Notes: generated by a model not told the origin, from the letters alone. A stretch of 64,000 nucleotides of DNA from Candidatus Multivorans sp. (GCA_965247095.1 OZ251997.1:1280001-1344000), one strand, 5' to 3'; positions 30,021-40,633 are shown, counted from the stretch's first letter. Numbers and translations: made by a program.

Positions 30021-31100
30021 TTACGTGTCAAGTTCCGCCCGTTTCCGGAGCTGCTCCAGGGACCAGGATGCGTGGCTTCGGACGACGGGGTCACCGCTTG
30101 CCTGCGCCCGTTCGAGCGCGGGAATGTAGGCAGCTTCGCCCCGGTTCCCCATTGCCAACGCGGCGTTGCGCCGCAATCCGGAACGCCCGGGCCGCTTCAT
30201 CGGGCTGCCGCGGAAACGCGTTCGGTACTCGTCCTCCGACACCGCGAGGAGCGCCGTCAGATCGAGTTCGGCGCGAGCCGCGGGCAATTCGAACTCCCGG
30301 CTCCGCTCGGGCGTCGCCGGCGCGGCGCGATGGTCGTTCCAGGGGCACGCCTCCTGGCAGACGTCGCACCCGAAGACCCAGTCCCCGACCAGGGATCGCG
30401 CGTGGTCCGGAAGTTCGCCGCGGTGCTCGATCGTCCAGTAGCTGATGCACCTGCCGGCGTCCAGGACGTAGGGCGCCGGCAGCGCCCCGGTCGGACAGGC
30501 GTCGAGACAGCGCCGGCAGTTGCCGCAGAGGTCTTCGGCCAGCGGCTCGGAGGGCTCCAGTTCCAGGGTCAGGAACAGCTCGCCGAGCAGGAACCACGAT
30601 CCGGTGCGGTCGAGCAGCATGGTGTTCTTGGCAATGGCGCCAAGCCCCGCCCGCGCCGCCAGTTCTCTCTCGAGCACCGGCCCGGTGTCGACGTAGAGGC
30701 GCGCACCGGCGCCCGGGAACGCCTCCCGGATACGGGCCGCGAGCGCCCGCAGGCGCCGCTCCATCAGCGGGTGGTAGTCGTCGCCGCGGGCGTACCGGGC
30801 CACCCGGGGCCAGAGGTCGCCTTCGGGCTCGGGCTCGCCCTCCAGGGGGTGGTAGTGAAGCGCCACGCACACAACCGACCTCGCTCCGTCGAGCAACGAA
30901 GCCGGCACCAGGCGCCGCCGCGGCCGCCTGCCGAGCCAGGCCATGGAGGCGAACAGGCCCCGCTCCAGCCGGCGCAGGAAGGACGCGCCGGCGCCGGCCT
31001 GCGATTCCAGGGAAGCGACCCCCGCGCGGTCGAAACCGGCCTCGAGCGCCCACCCGGTCAGCAGCTCCGTGCGGTTCTTCGCCGCGCTGGCGGCGCTCAT
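30021..31100 (-). CDS. queG: Epoxyqueuosine reductase
   Basis: ARYARGDDYH, YVDTGPVLER, CGNCRRCLDACPT, CISYWTIE, FGCDVCQEACPWN. Confidence 0.95.
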   Translation of the reverse strand: MSAASAAKNRTELLTGWALEAGFDRAGVASLESQAGAGASFLRRLERGLFASMAWLGRRPRRRLVPASLLDGARSVVCVALHYHPLEGEPEPEGDLWPRVARYARGDDYHPLMERRLRALAARIREAFPGAGARLYVDTGPVLERELAARAGLGAIAKNTMLLDRTGSWFLLGELFLTLELEPSEPLAEDLCGNCRRCLDACPTGALPAPYVLDAGRCISYWTIEHRGELPDHARSLVGDWVFGCDVCQEACPWNDHRAAPATPERSREFELPAARAELDLTALLAVSEDEYRTRFRGSPMKRPGRSGLRRNAALAMGNRGEAAYIPALERAQASGDPVVRSHASWSLEQLRKRAELDT

Positions 31101-31603
31101 CGCCGGTCTTCTGGCGGCGAGAGGATCTCGAAGCGGGTGGCGTGATCGTCGTTGAGGCCGGCGGGAACGTCCTCGAAGCTCTCGACCCGCCATCCCTGAA
31201 GGGGGCCGAGATCGACCGCCGTGTCGCCTTCGACATCCGCCAGTACCCGGGTCAGGTAGACCCGGTCGGCGAAACGGAACGCGGCCTGGAACAGGCCGGC
31301 GCCGCCGATCACGAACGCCTCCTCCTCCCCCGCTTCGCGGGCCGCGGCCAGCGCGTCGTCGAGCGACCGGAATGCGGCCGCGCCCGGCGCCTCGAAGTCC
31401 GACCGGGTGCTCAGTACGATGCACTCCCTTCCCGGAAGCGGCCGGCAACCGATCTCCTCCCATGTCCGCCGGCCCATCACCACATGATGGCCCACCGTCA
31501 GACGCTTGAAGCGGCTCACATCGGTCTGGAGTCGCCATGGAAGCTGGCCGTCCAAGCCGATGACGCCGTTCGTCGCCGCCGCCAGGATCACCGAGAGTCT
31601 CAT
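31097..31603 (-). CDS. folA: Dihydrofolate reductase
   Basis: NGVIGLDGQLPW, VVMGRRTWE, PLPGR, VIGGA. Confidence 0.95.
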   Translation of the reverse strand: MRLSVILAAATNGVIGLDGQLPWRLQTDVSRFKRLTVGHHVVMGRRTWEEIGCRPLPGRECIVLSTRSDFEAPGAAAFRSLDDALAAAREAGEEEAFVIGGAGLFQAAFRFADRVYLTRVLADVEGDTAVDLGPLQGWRVESFEDVPAGLNDDHATRFEILSPPEDRR

Positions 31604-31628
31604 CTCCACCTCCAGCACCGGGAACCGA

Positions 31629-32423
31629 TCAAACCGCGACCGGGGCGCGGATCGCCGGATGCGGGTCGTAGCCCACGAGTTCGAAGTCGTCGAGCACAAA
31701 ATCGAACACCGAACGCACGTCCGGATTCAGCCGCATCTCCGGCAGCGGCCGCGGCTGCCTGGACAACTGCTCGCGCGCCTGCTCCACGTGGTTGCTGTAC
31801 AGGTGGGCATCGCCAAACGTGTGAACGAACTCACCGGGCGCCAGTCCGCAGGTCTGGGCCACCATCATGAGCAGCAGGGCGTACGAGGCGATGTTGAAGG
31901 GGACCCCCAGGAACAGGTCGCCGCTGCGCTGGTAGAGCTGGCAGGAGAGGCGGCCGTCGGCGACGTAGAACTGGAACAGCGTGTGGCAGGGCGGCAGGGC
32001 CATCGAGTCGACCTCGGCCACGTTCCAGGCGCTGACGATGAGTCGCCGCGAGTTCGGCTCGTTGCGAATACGGTCGATGACCGCCTCGATCTGGTCGATC
32101 GACCGTCCGTCCGGCGTCGCCCACGATCGCCACTGCGAACCGTAGACGGGGCCCAGGTCGCCGTTCTCGTCGGCCCATTCGTCCCAGATCGTCACTCCGT
32201 GCCGGTGCAGGAAGTCGACGTTCGTCTCCCCGCGCAGGAACCACAGCAGCTCGACGATGATCGACCGCAGGTGCAGCCGCTTCGTGGTCAGCGCCGGAAA
32301 CCCGTCGGCCAGGTCGTAGCGCAACTGCCGGCCGAACACACTGCGGGTGCCGGTGCCCGTGCGGTCGTCGCGCACGACACCGCGGTCGAGCACCTCCTGC
32401 AGCAGGTCGAGGTACTGGCGCAT
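31629..32423 (-). CDS. thyA: Thymidylate synthase
   Basis: [38 protein letters not shown]. Confidence 0.98.
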   Translation of the reverse strand: MRQYLDLLQEVLDRGVVRDDRTGTGTRSVFGRQLRYDLADGFPALTTKRLHLRSIIVELLWFLRGETNVDFLHRHGVTIWDEWADENGDLGPVYGSQWRSWATPDGRSIDQIEAVIDRIRNEPNSRRLIVSAWNVAEVDSMALPPCHTLFQFYVADGRLSCQLYQRSGDLFLGVPFNIASYALLLMMVAQTCGLAPGEFVHTFGDAHLYSNHVEQAREQLSRQPRPLPEMRLNPDVRSVFDFVLDDFELVGYDPHPAIRAPVAV

Positions 32424-32494
32424 CAGCAGCGAAGACCTGGGCGAACACGAGACACTGGCCACTCCCTCCGCAAGCCGGGAACCTTACCAACCGG

Positions 32495-33439
32495 TCACGC
32501 CTCTTCAAGCAACCGGAGCATGGCTCGTCTGTGGTCTTCGTCCCCGATCGCACCGAACCTGCGGCGTAGCCGCCGGCGCAGCACCGCCCGTTCCCAACGG
32601 GGCCGGTGGAGGTCGTAGTAGCGCAACTGGGAAGCGCGGTAGAAGCGCTCCACTGTGGGCGTCAGACCGCGTTCGCGATCCGCACCGGTCACAGCGCCCC
32701 GCACATGCCATGCCCGCGCCTCCGCCACCTGGCGCTGCCTGAAGCCGGCCCGGTGGAGCCGGAGTCCCAGGTCCGCGTCCTCGAAGTAGAGAAAGAACCC
32801 TTCGTCGAAACCGCCGACCGCGTCGAAGGCCGAACGACGGACGAGGAGACAGGCGGCCGTAAACCAACCGGCGCCAACAGCCGGTTTCAGCAGACGCGGC
32901 AGCAAGCCATGGTTCCACCGTGCTTTCTCGAACCGGTTGCGGAATCTCTGGATCGCCTCGCCAAGAACACCCACAGGCGGCGCCCAGACGAACTGGCGCG
33001 ACCCGTTCGGGTAGTGAAGCGAAGGCGCGGTCACCCCGAGCCGCCCGTCGGACTCCAGCGCCTCGACCAGACGCCGCAGGGATACCTCGTCGATCCATGC
33101 GTCCGGGTTCAGGAGCAGCAGATGACGGCCGGCCGACTTCGCGGCAGCCAGATTGCACCCGGCGCCGAAGCCGAGGTTGCGATCCGACTCGATGACTCGA
33201 ACCGGCAGGACCGGGGACGCGGCCGACTCGAACTCGCGGACCGCCGCCGCCGAACCGTCAACAGACGCGTTGTCGACCACCACGGCCTCCAAACCGGCCG
33301 GGGAACCGGGGTTACCCGCATCGTCCGGCCGCCATGCCTCGGCGATGGCCAGGAGGCGCTCCAAGCACCGCCTGAGCCCGTCACCGGCGTTGTGGTTCAC
33401 GACCAGGGCGCTGACCGCCGGGCGATCCGACCCGCTCAC
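32495..33439 (-). CDS. GT2 glycosyltransferase (WbbL/rhamnosyltransferase-like)
   Basis: VVDNASVD, NLGFGAGCN, LLNPD, GGFDEGFFLYFEDAD. Confidence 0.9.
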   Translation of the reverse strand: MSGSDRPAVSALVVNHNAGDGLRRCLERLLAIAEAWRPDDAGNPGSPAGLEAVVVDNASVDGSAAAVREFESAASPVLPVRVIESDRNLGFGAGCNLAAAKSAGRHLLLLNPDAWIDEVSLRRLVEALESDGRLGVTAPSLHYPNGSRQFVWAPPVGVLGEAIQRFRNRFEKARWNHGLLPRLLKPAVGAGWFTAACLLVRRSAFDAVGGFDEGFFLYFEDADLGLRLHRAGFRQRQVAEARAWHVRGAVTGADRERGLTPTVERFYRASQLRYYDLHRPRWERAVLRRRLRRRFGAIGDEDHRRAMLRLLEEA

Positions 33440-34641
33440 CGGACCTTCCCCCGGGCCGTTCGCCAGACTGCTTCCACTTCGTCGGCGAAGCACTCGGCGG
33501 CGCGGTCCCAGGTCAGGAACCGCACACGCTCCGGACCCTCCGACATCGCCGAGCGACGTGCTTCTTGGTCCAGCACCAGCCGACGCAGGCCCTCGGTCAA
33601 CGCGTCGATCTCGAGCCGGTGACATCGGAGCGGATAGTCCGGCCACAACTCGGTCAAGGCCGGCGCGTCCGAGACGAGGACCGGCACCCCGGCAGCGAGC
33701 GACTCGAGCGGCGGCAGCCCGTACCCCTCGTACTCCGACACGTAGATCGTTCCCAGGGCCCGCGCGTACAGCGCCGGCAGCAGTCCGTCGTCGACGTAGC
33801 CGAGGCGGACGACCCGTTGGGCCCAGTCACCGGCCCGGATCAGCCGGTCGAAGTCGTCACGACGGGGCAACTGGTTCCGGCCCGCGATGACGAGGCGGAG
33901 ATTGGTTGGCGCCGGGTCGCGCACCAGGCGACCCAGAGCGCGCAGCACCAGGTCGAGCCGCCGGCGCGGGAGAATCGAACCCAGCACCAGCAGGTAGGGC
34001 CGCTGAACGCCCAGCTCCGCCAGCGCCCGGGCCTGCTCCTGCTCTCCGGCGCCGGCCGACTCGCGGGCTCGGGCGAAGCGGGGCGACACGCCCAGGGGCA
34101 CAACAGCGACGCGCTCCGCCGGCACGCCGTACCGCTGCCGCAAGTCGGCGGCGGTGCGCCCGGTGTCGGTCAGCACTCTGGTGGCCGCGCGCGCCGCACT
34201 GCGGGCAAGGTAGCGCCGCCGCCGCAGCTCGCGGAAGCCGAAGTCCCCCGGCCGGTGCTCGAAGGCGAGATCGTGGATCGTGACCAGGGATGGCCGACCC
34301 GGGGCGCGCGGCAGGCTGTAGCCCGGCGAGAAGATGACGTCGGCGGGCTCACGCCGCAGCAATCTGGGCAGCCGGAACTGCTCCCAGAGAATCGGATGCG
34401 CGCCGGGACGCCGATCGAAGACCGGTTCCAGGCGGCAACCCCCGCCCGCCGCGCCGGTCCACAGCGGGTGCTCGAAGGGATCGCCCTTGAAGAACAGCCG
34501 CAGCCGCCAACTGCGGGCCTGCGGCGTTCTTTGCAACGCCAGGAGGAGTTCTTCGATATAGCGCCCCACACCGGTCGGCTGGCCTTCCATCTCGTAGGCG
34601 ACGACGCCAATCGAGCGCGGGCCTGCCGCCGCGCGAGTCAC
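33436..34641 (-). CDS. GT4 glycosyltransferase (MtfB-like)
   Basis: TGVGRY, VTIHDLAF, EGYGLPPLESLAAG; start approximate. Confidence 0.88.
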   Translation of the reverse strand: MTRAAAGPRSIGVVAYEMEGQPTGVGRYIEELLLALQRTPQARSWRLRLFFKGDPFEHPLWTGAAGGGCRLEPVFDRRPGAHPILWEQFRLPRLLRREPADVIFSPGYSLPRAPGRPSLVTIHDLAFEHRPGDFGFRELRRRRYLARSAARAATRVLTDTGRTAADLRQRYGVPAERVAVVPLGVSPRFARARESAGAGEQEQARALAELGVQRPYLLVLGSILPRRRLDLVLRALGRLVRDPAPTNLRLVIAGRNQLPRRDDFDRLIRAGDWAQRVVRLGYVDDGLLPALYARALGTIYVSEYEGYGLPPLESLAAGVPVLVSDAPALTELWPDYPLRCHRLEIDALTEGLRRLVLDQEARRSAMSEGPERVRFLTWDRAAECFADEVEAVWRTARGKVR

Positions 34642-34699
34642 GGCACACCACCCTCCGCGCCGGCTCTCCGGCGCAACCGTCTCGCCCGGAGCTTCACGG

Positions 34700-37345
34700 T
34701 CACCGGGCCAGGCCCGCATGAACAGCCATCAACAGCCGCCGCATTCGTTCGCCCACCGCCTCGTAGGAAAGATCGCGTTCGATCCTCGAACTGCCGCGTT
34801 CCGCGCGACGCGCCGCTTCACTGCGATCCTCGAACACCCGCCGCATCTGGTCAGCGGCGTGATCGATGTCCGGCTCGGCCCACACGGCGCCAGCCGGGTA
34901 CGGGCCTTCGTCGCGCTCCAGTTCGACAGAGTCATACCGCACCAGGAAACCACTTTCGGCGTCGAGGAAATCCGTTACTCCACCGTACCCCGTAGCGATC
35001 ACGGGAGTGCGGCATGCCATTGCCTCGGCCACCGTCAGGCCGAAGCCCTCCGAGCGATGAATCGACACGTAGCAGTCGGCCGCTGCGGTCAGGGCATCGG
35101 TCTCGGCCCGGCTCAGATAGCGGTCCAGGACCACAACACGCCCTTCCTCCAACGTTTCGCACAGCGCCGCCGAGGCTTCCGGCTCGAACTCCGGCGAGCT
35201 GCTCTTCAGCACCAGCAGCGGGCCGCCCGCCGCGCCGAACTCCTCCCGATCCGGAAACGCCCGGCGGAAAGCCTCCACTGCCGCGACGGGGTTCTTGCGC
35301 TCCGAATAGCTCAGATGGCTGAAAGTGAACAGGAACAGGAATCGGTCGCCCGGCAGACGGAGCCGGGCACGGATGTCTTCTTCCCGCGCCGGACCGGGCC
35401 CGGCGACCTCGCGCGGCACGACAACCGGGATCGGCACCCTACGTACCGGAACCGGCGCAACGGAGGAAAACGAGTCGAGGCAGAACCGGCTCGGGGTCCA
35501 AACCTCGCAGAAGGGTCGGAACGCATGGTGATAGCGATCCGGGAAGAACTCCAACTCCCACAGCCAGTAGCCGACCGTGCGCCGGTGGGCGAACACTTCA
35601 GGCCCCAAGCTGTGCGCGACCACCTCGACCTGATCGGCATTCACCACCATCAGGTTCACGTCGTGCCGGAAGTCGCTCCGGCTGACCGCAAAGCTCGGAT
35701 CCTCTCGCCGGCTCAAGACGCCGAGATCGACACTGTGCAGCGTGAGCGGCACTCCGGCGGCCGACAGCGCCCGCACCAGACCACGCGCCGCCTCCCCCAT
35801 GCCGGTCTCCGCCTGCAGGTATCCGATCACGTTGACACCGAGTTCGTCCTGCACTCGGACCGCGGGAGCCACCACCATGGAGGAAGGGGCTGGCCCCGAC
35901 GGCACCGAAGTTGCCGGCTCGGAAGAACCGCCGATCACGAAACTGCGTAGACGACCGTACAGTCTTCGTCCGATCAGCCTCCGCAATGCTGACCTGAGGG
36001 CTGCGCCCGCCCTTGAGTGGTACAGGCTCGCCAACCGACCGCGCACCTTTCGGGCCCCGGTATCTCCAGAGCCGGGCGCCGAGGCAAGGAAGATCGGGTC
36101 GAGGTCGTGTTCGAACCGGCCCTTGGTCTCCAGCCAATCCCCAAAACGGACAAGGCCGGCGCCCCTCTCCTGAGCGTCGTGAAAGGCGATCCTCATGTCG
36201 CTGCGGGACCGCAGTAGATAGCGCTGCAGCCGCGACAGGTAAGGCGGCGACAGGCGAGGACCGTTCATCCAGTCGAAGAAGCTGGCGCCATCGTCTCCCG
36301 CGGTTCGGAAGGGGTTCTCGAACCGGCGACGGCGATGCACATCGAGCGACAGGAACAGCGACCGCGCGAGATCGGGAACCTGGACGCCGTTGTCGAAGCG
36401 ACTGAACGCGTACGGCCACCGGCGACAGTCGCCGTGGCCCTCGGCCAGCACCCGTGCCGCGTATCGCCGGATGATCTCGCCGGCTTCGCCCCGGGCGTCG
36501 AGATCGGCGAGTCGGAACCGGTCCTGGTGCTTCGAAACACCATCCAGACGTTCCGGATCGAGGCCGCTGAAGTGGAAGAAGTAGAGCGGCTCACCGTTGG
36601 CCAGATAGCGCGTATCCACCGGCGGCTCGACCGCCTCGTCCCCGTCGCCGGCCCATGTGACCACCCTGTGCGCCAGGTTCCAGTAGGCGACATTCAGTCC
36701 GGGCTGCTTCAGAACCGCGACGCCGTCGAACAGCAGCGGCGCCAGGTCCATCCACTTCTGGTCGACGAAGAGCCCCAGGTCGACCCGGTCGACGCAGCGG
36801 TCGAACAGTCGCTCCTGCCACCACGCAAGCAGCCGTCCGGTTTCGGCCGACGCGCGCAGGCCGACGAACCCAAGGTTGTAGAGACCCGCCCGCAGCAACG
36901 TGAGTTCTCCGGGGGCGTCTCCGTCGTCCAGAGGACGGTCGATGTGGGGCGTAAGAACGGCGACGCCTCGATCGAGCCCCTCGAGTACAGGCACCAGGGG
37001 GCGCAGCACCCAGATGTCCGGGTCGAGGTAGATGACCCGTTCGGCGCCGTCGTCGAACAACCGCTCCAGCAGGTACGGCTTGACGGCTGTGGCCAGTTCC
37101 AGAAGCCGGTATTTGAACAGGAACTGCCGCAGTTCCGGCACGTTGTCCAACTGCTCGACCTCAATAACATCGAACGGCTCCTGCTCGGGATCGAAACAGC
37201 CGTCCACGCGGTCGACGAGGAGTACGACGAAGCGCCCCTCAGGATGATGGGCCAGGAAGGACCGCGCCAGCACCCGCGCGTAAGCGAGGTAGTTCTTGGC
37301 CACGATCGTGCAGGCCACGAGTGCGCCGCTGCTCGAATCACTCAT
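34700..37345 (-). CDS. Bifunctional glycosyltransferase (N-terminal GT-A-like domain and C-terminal GT4 domain)
   Basis: N: CTIVAKNYL...YLDPD...YNLGF...DQKWMD...NVAYWNL; C: GMGEAAR...GYWLWEL...RKNP...HRSEGFGLTVAEAM. Confidence 0.85.
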   Translation of the reverse strand: MSDSSSGALVACTIVAKNYLAYARVLARSFLAHHPEGRFVVLLVDRVDGCFDPEQEPFDVIEVEQLDNVPELRQFLFKYRLLELATAVKPYLLERLFDDGAERVIYLDPDIWVLRPLVPVLEGLDRGVAVLTPHIDRPLDDGDAPGELTLLRAGLYNLGFVGLRASAETGRLLAWWQERLFDRCVDRVDLGLFVDQKWMDLAPLLFDGVAVLKQPGLNVAYWNLAHRVVTWAGDGDEAVEPPVDTRYLANGEPLYFFHFSGLDPERLDGVSKHQDRFRLADLDARGEAGEIIRRYAARVLAEGHGDCRRWPYAFSRFDNGVQVPDLARSLFLSLDVHRRRRFENPFRTAGDDGASFFDWMNGPRLSPPYLSRLQRYLLRSRSDMRIAFHDAQERGAGLVRFGDWLETKGRFEHDLDPIFLASAPGSGDTGARKVRGRLASLYHSRAGAALRSALRRLIGRRLYGRLRSFVIGGSSEPATSVPSGPAPSSMVVAPAVRVQDELGVNVIGYLQAETGMGEAARGLVRALSAAGVPLTLHSVDLGVLSRREDPSFAVSRSDFRHDVNLMVVNADQVEVVAHSLGPEVFAHRRTVGYWLWELEFFPDRYHHAFRPFCEVWTPSRFCLDSFSSVAPVPVRRVPIPVVVPREVAGPGPAREEDIRARLRLPGDRFLFLFTFSHLSYSERKNPVAAVEAFRRAFPDREEFGAAGGPLLVLKSSSPEFEPEASAALCETLEEGRVVVLDRYLSRAETDALTAAADCYVSIHRSEGFGLTVAEAMACRTPVIATGYGGVTDFLDAESGFLVRYDSVELERDEGPYPAGAVWAEPDIDHAADQMRRVFEDRSEAARRAERGSSRIERDLSYEAVGERMRRLLMAVHAGLAR

Positions 37346-37501
37346 GTTCCACTCGCCCCGAGCATCTGCAGCATCGTCCGCCGCTCGCCGCACTCACCAC
37401 CATCTCCCGTCGCCGGCCGACCCTGCCGCGCCGCCAACCATCTCGCCGTAGAGCGCACCTCCTGGTGCCGGCAGCTACACCGAGCGCGGCCGACCCGCGC
37501 C

Positions 37502-38626
37502 TCACGCCGGCCCACCTGCGCCACGCGCCACATCGCCGTAGATCTCAATCACCTGGTCCGCTGCCGTCTGCCACGAGAACTGCGCGGCCCGTATGAATCC
37601 GGCCTCCCGGCAGCGGCGGCGCAGAGCCGGATTGTTGAGTAGCGCCTCCAGACCATCGCGAATCGCACCAACGTCGAGCGGGTCGACGCACAACGCGGCG
37701 TTCGCTCCGACCTCGGCCAGCGAGGACGTGTTCGACGTCAGCACCGGCGCGCCGCATGCCATCGCCTCGACGACGGGAAGGCCGAACCCTTCGACGATGG
37801 ACGGATAGGCGACCACTGAAGCGCCGTTGTAGAGCGCGATCAGATCGCTCTCCTCCACTGTCCCAAGACGCAGCACGGAACCGGGAGCAGCGCGGCCGGC
37901 CAACGACGCCCAATCCAAGTCCTGCTTCCAGCCGGCGCCGCCGACCAGCACCAAGGACGTTTCCCGCCGCACGGCGCAATCAAGCCCGGAGTACGCCTCG
38001 ATCAGCCGAGCGATGTTCTTGCGCGGCTCGAGCGTGCCGACCGACAGCACGAACGGACCGTCGAGCCCGAAGCGATCGGCGAGTCGACGCTTCGCGGCAG
38101 CGAGCTCCCCGCCCTCCAGTGCGACGAACACCGATGACGCCGCCGGGTAGACCACCTGCATCCGCTCGGGCGCCATGTGGAACCAGCGCCTCACCTCGTC
38201 CGCCGTCGCCTGCGAATCGACCGCCAGGATCGCGTCCTGCCACAGCGCGCGCAGCGTCGACCGGAGGCAGTTGGCCCGATTGACCGACTGGTGGTACTCC
38301 GGATGGGTGAGGAAGGTCAGATCGTGGACGGTGAACAGAATCGGCCCGTCGAAGAAGCCCGTGTCCGTGAACGAAGTCGTGTGGAACAGATCGAAATCGT
38401 CCCGGTTCGGGTGACGACCCGAACGCCGGACCGCGCTCCCCGGCAAGTGGCCCAGGGCCCGCTCCCAACCCTCCGGCCCAACATCAACGCCCCCGGCGTA
38501 GAGATGCAGAGAGAACTCGCCGCTGCTCTCCGCGCGAGCCGCCAGCACGTCCAGCAGGCTCGTCGTGTAGCTGGCTATTCCGTCGCGCGGTCCGAAGACC
38601 TTGGCAACATCGAAGCCGATCCGCAT
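37502..38626 (-). CDS. GT4 glycosyltransferase (MtfB-like)
   Basis: TVHDLTF, VGTLEPRKN, EGFGLPVVEAMACG. Confidence 0.92.
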   Translation of the reverse strand: MRIGFDVAKVFGPRDGIASYTTSLLDVLAARAESSGEFSLHLYAGGVDVGPEGWERALGHLPGSAVRRSGRHPNRDDFDLFHTTSFTDTGFFDGPILFTVHDLTFLTHPEYHQSVNRANCLRSTLRALWQDAILAVDSQATADEVRRWFHMAPERMQVVYPAASSVFVALEGGELAAAKRRLADRFGLDGPFVLSVGTLEPRKNIARLIEAYSGLDCAVRRETSLVLVGGAGWKQDLDWASLAGRAAPGSVLRLGTVEESDLIALYNGASVVAYPSIVEGFGLPVVEAMACGAPVLTSNTSSLAEVGANAALCVDPLDVGAIRDGLEALLNNPALRRRCREAGFIRAAQFSWQTAADQVIEIYGDVARGAGGPA

Positions 38627-38635
38627 GGCGCCGCG

Positions 38636-39004
38636 CTATGTCGCTCGTGGAAGCGTGAGACCGACATCCGCCCCGTGGCCGAACCACGCCTCGGCGCGTA
38701 TTTCCAGCGTCAGACGCCGCAGGCGCTCCGCCGTGCCCTCGGTCAGCCCGCCGCCCCGATCGAGCTTGTCGATCAACGGCAGGACCTCCGCCGGATACAA
38801 CTCGAAGAAGAGTGCCTCTTCGACCTTCGCCGCCCGATCCGACATCTCGCCGATCCTGTTCTGCAGCGCGCCGCACAGCGTCGCAACCCGGGTCACCTCG
38901 AGCCGCAGAGCGTGGATCCGCTGCCGGACCCGCAGCAACACGAACGCTGCCGCGGCTACGGCGGCGGCAGCGAGGAGCACAAGAAGAACGACGGACGGCC
39001 GCAC
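38636..39004 (-). CDS. Hypothetical membrane-anchored protein
   Basis: N-terminal hydrophobic helix and coiled segment; fills the gap in a co-oriented operon. Confidence 0.6.
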   Translation of the reverse strand: MRPSVVLLVLLAAAAVAAAAFVLLRVRQRIHALRLEVTRVATLCGALQNRIGEMSDRAAKVEEALFFELYPAEVLPLIDKLDRGGGLTEGTAERLRRLTLEIRAEAWFGHGADVGLTLPRAT

Positions 39005-39028
39005 AACGGCGGCAGACTAACAGTCGTT

Positions 39029-40576
39029 CTACGGCGTGCCGTCTCCGGTCGGTTCGAGATCCGCCGCCAGCCCGACCACCTCGTCGTACAGTTCGGAGCG
39101 CCGCCGGCGCAGGCGCTTCACCGTTCCGGTGCGCAGTCCCACCGTCCACAATGCCCGCAGACCGTGACCGAGCTCGGCGATCAGGCGGTGGTAGCGGAGG
39201 CCGAGCAGCGCCGACGCGGCGCACAGCCCGAGCATCCCGCCGACGCGCACCCACAGGGACTCGGGCACCCAGTCGAATCCCGGCAACGGCTCGGTCCAGG
39301 CGATACCGACCGCGAAGCTCGCGACGATCCACACCGTCGGCAGAATGACGAGACCGAGCACCATCTTGAGTCCCGCCTGCTCCTTCCTCGTCTTCGAGAG
39401 TCTCTTCGCGCCGAGCACCACCAGCAGCGCCGCCGGAAGGTTGATCAGGTTGCCGACCAGGACCACGGTGGGCAGGAGCAGCAGCATGACCAGCGCCTCG
39501 GCGCCGAGCAGGGCCAGGCGTAGCGCCGTCCGCGGCAGCGGTACGCCGTCCAGTTCGCGGTCGTTCAGGCCCAGGAGTCGCAGCGCCTCGTCGTACCGCG
39601 TCACCCTGCGCATGAGCCGCCTCGTCCCGTTCGGATCGACGGCGCGCCGGGTGCTGTAGCCGGCCCAGACACGGGCAAAACCCTCGTCCCGTTCCCGCAT
39701 CGGCGCCCGGCGCAGGCGCTCGCCCGCCCGAGCCGCGCCCTCGGCTCTCACCAGGGCCCGCACCCGCTCCATTGCCCGGTGAATGCCCCAGCTCTCGGTC
39801 GGGTGGGTGACCTCGATCAGTTGCTCTTCGATCACGCCGGTCAGCCGATCGACGAACGTGTCGGTAGCCGCCCCACCGGCGTCCGACTCCGGTACGCCAC
39901 CGTCGCCGCCGCCGAGATCGGCTGGCAGCTCGACAGGCGCGTGGAAGGCCACCAGAGCCCGGGAGCGAAACGCGTGCTTCCGCTCGTAGTGCAGCCCAAC
40001 CGGCACCAGCGCCGGATCGCCTCCACTCTCCCGGGCCAGTTGGAACAGGCGCGCCGCTCCGGCCCGCAACTCAAGCAGGTTCGGCTCGTCGTGCGTGGCG
40101 CCCTCCGGAAAGATGGCGACGAAGGAGTGCCGCGCCGCCTCGGCAAGGGCAGTAAGACTCCGGTGGTTCGCCTCCCGGCGTTCGCGGTCGCTCACGGGGG
40201 CGCCCGCCTCGCCGCGATCCCGAGCCCGGTAGAGCGGCACGGCGCCGACGCCGCGCAGCAGCCAACCCACCACGGGAATGCGGAACAGACCGTGACGGGC
40301 CCCGAAGGTCACCGACCGGGGACAGAACCCGAGGACCAGGACGCCGTCGGCAAGTCCGTTCGGATGCCAAGCGACGAGCAGGCCGCCGCTGTCGTGCGGC
40401 ACGTTCTCAGAGCCGACCACTTCGACGCTGCGGAAGAACAGCCTCGCCAGCAAACGCAGAAAGTGAGTCAGGCAACGCTTCCTGAACCCGGGTGGCGCGT
40501 TCCGCGCCACCCGTGAACCATCCGTACGCCCGTCATCGGGCGTACGGATGACACCCGGTGGATCGACGCAATTCAT
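39029..40576 (-). CDS. Glycerol-3-phosphate/lysophospholipid acyltransferase family membrane protein (start uncertain)
   Basis: WHPNGLAD (HxxxxD-like), PLYR, IFPEG, VPVGLHY motifs, C-terminal TM helices. Confidence 0.85.
   Translation of the reverse strand: MNCVDPPGVIRTPDDGRTDGSRVARNAPPGFRKRCLTHFLRLLARLFFRSVEVVGSENVPHDSGGLLVAWHPNGLADGVLVLGFCPRSVTFGARHGLFRIPVVGWLLRGVGAVPLYRARDRGEAGAPVSDRERREANHRSLTALAEAARHSFVAIFPEGATHDEPNLLELRAGAARLFQLARESGGDPALVPVGLHYERKHAFRSRALVAFHAPVELPADLGGGDGGVPESDAGGAATDTFVDRLTGVIEEQLIEVTHPTESWGIHRAMERVRALVRAEGAARAGERLRRAPMRERDEGFARVWAGYSTRRAVDPNGTRRLMRRVTRYDEALRLLGLNDRELDGVPLPRTALRLALLGAEALVMLLLLPTVVLVGNLINLPAALLVVLGAKRLSKTRKEQAGLKMVLGLVILPTVWIVASFAVGIAWTEPLPGFDWVPESLWVRVGGMLGLCAASALLGLRYHRLIAELGHGLRALWTVGLRTGTVKRLRRRRSELYDEVVGLAADLEPTGDGTP
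40488..40554. repeat. 67-bp double-hairpin element, copy B
   Basis: Stems CGGGTGGCGCG/CGCGCCACCCG and TCCGTACGCCCG/CGGGCGTACGGA; homologous to 3612-3679. Confidence 0.85.
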
Positions 40577-40633
40577 CGACGCAGGTACATCGACGCAATT
40601 GTACGCCACCGGAGACTCCCGGTTCGCCGCAAC

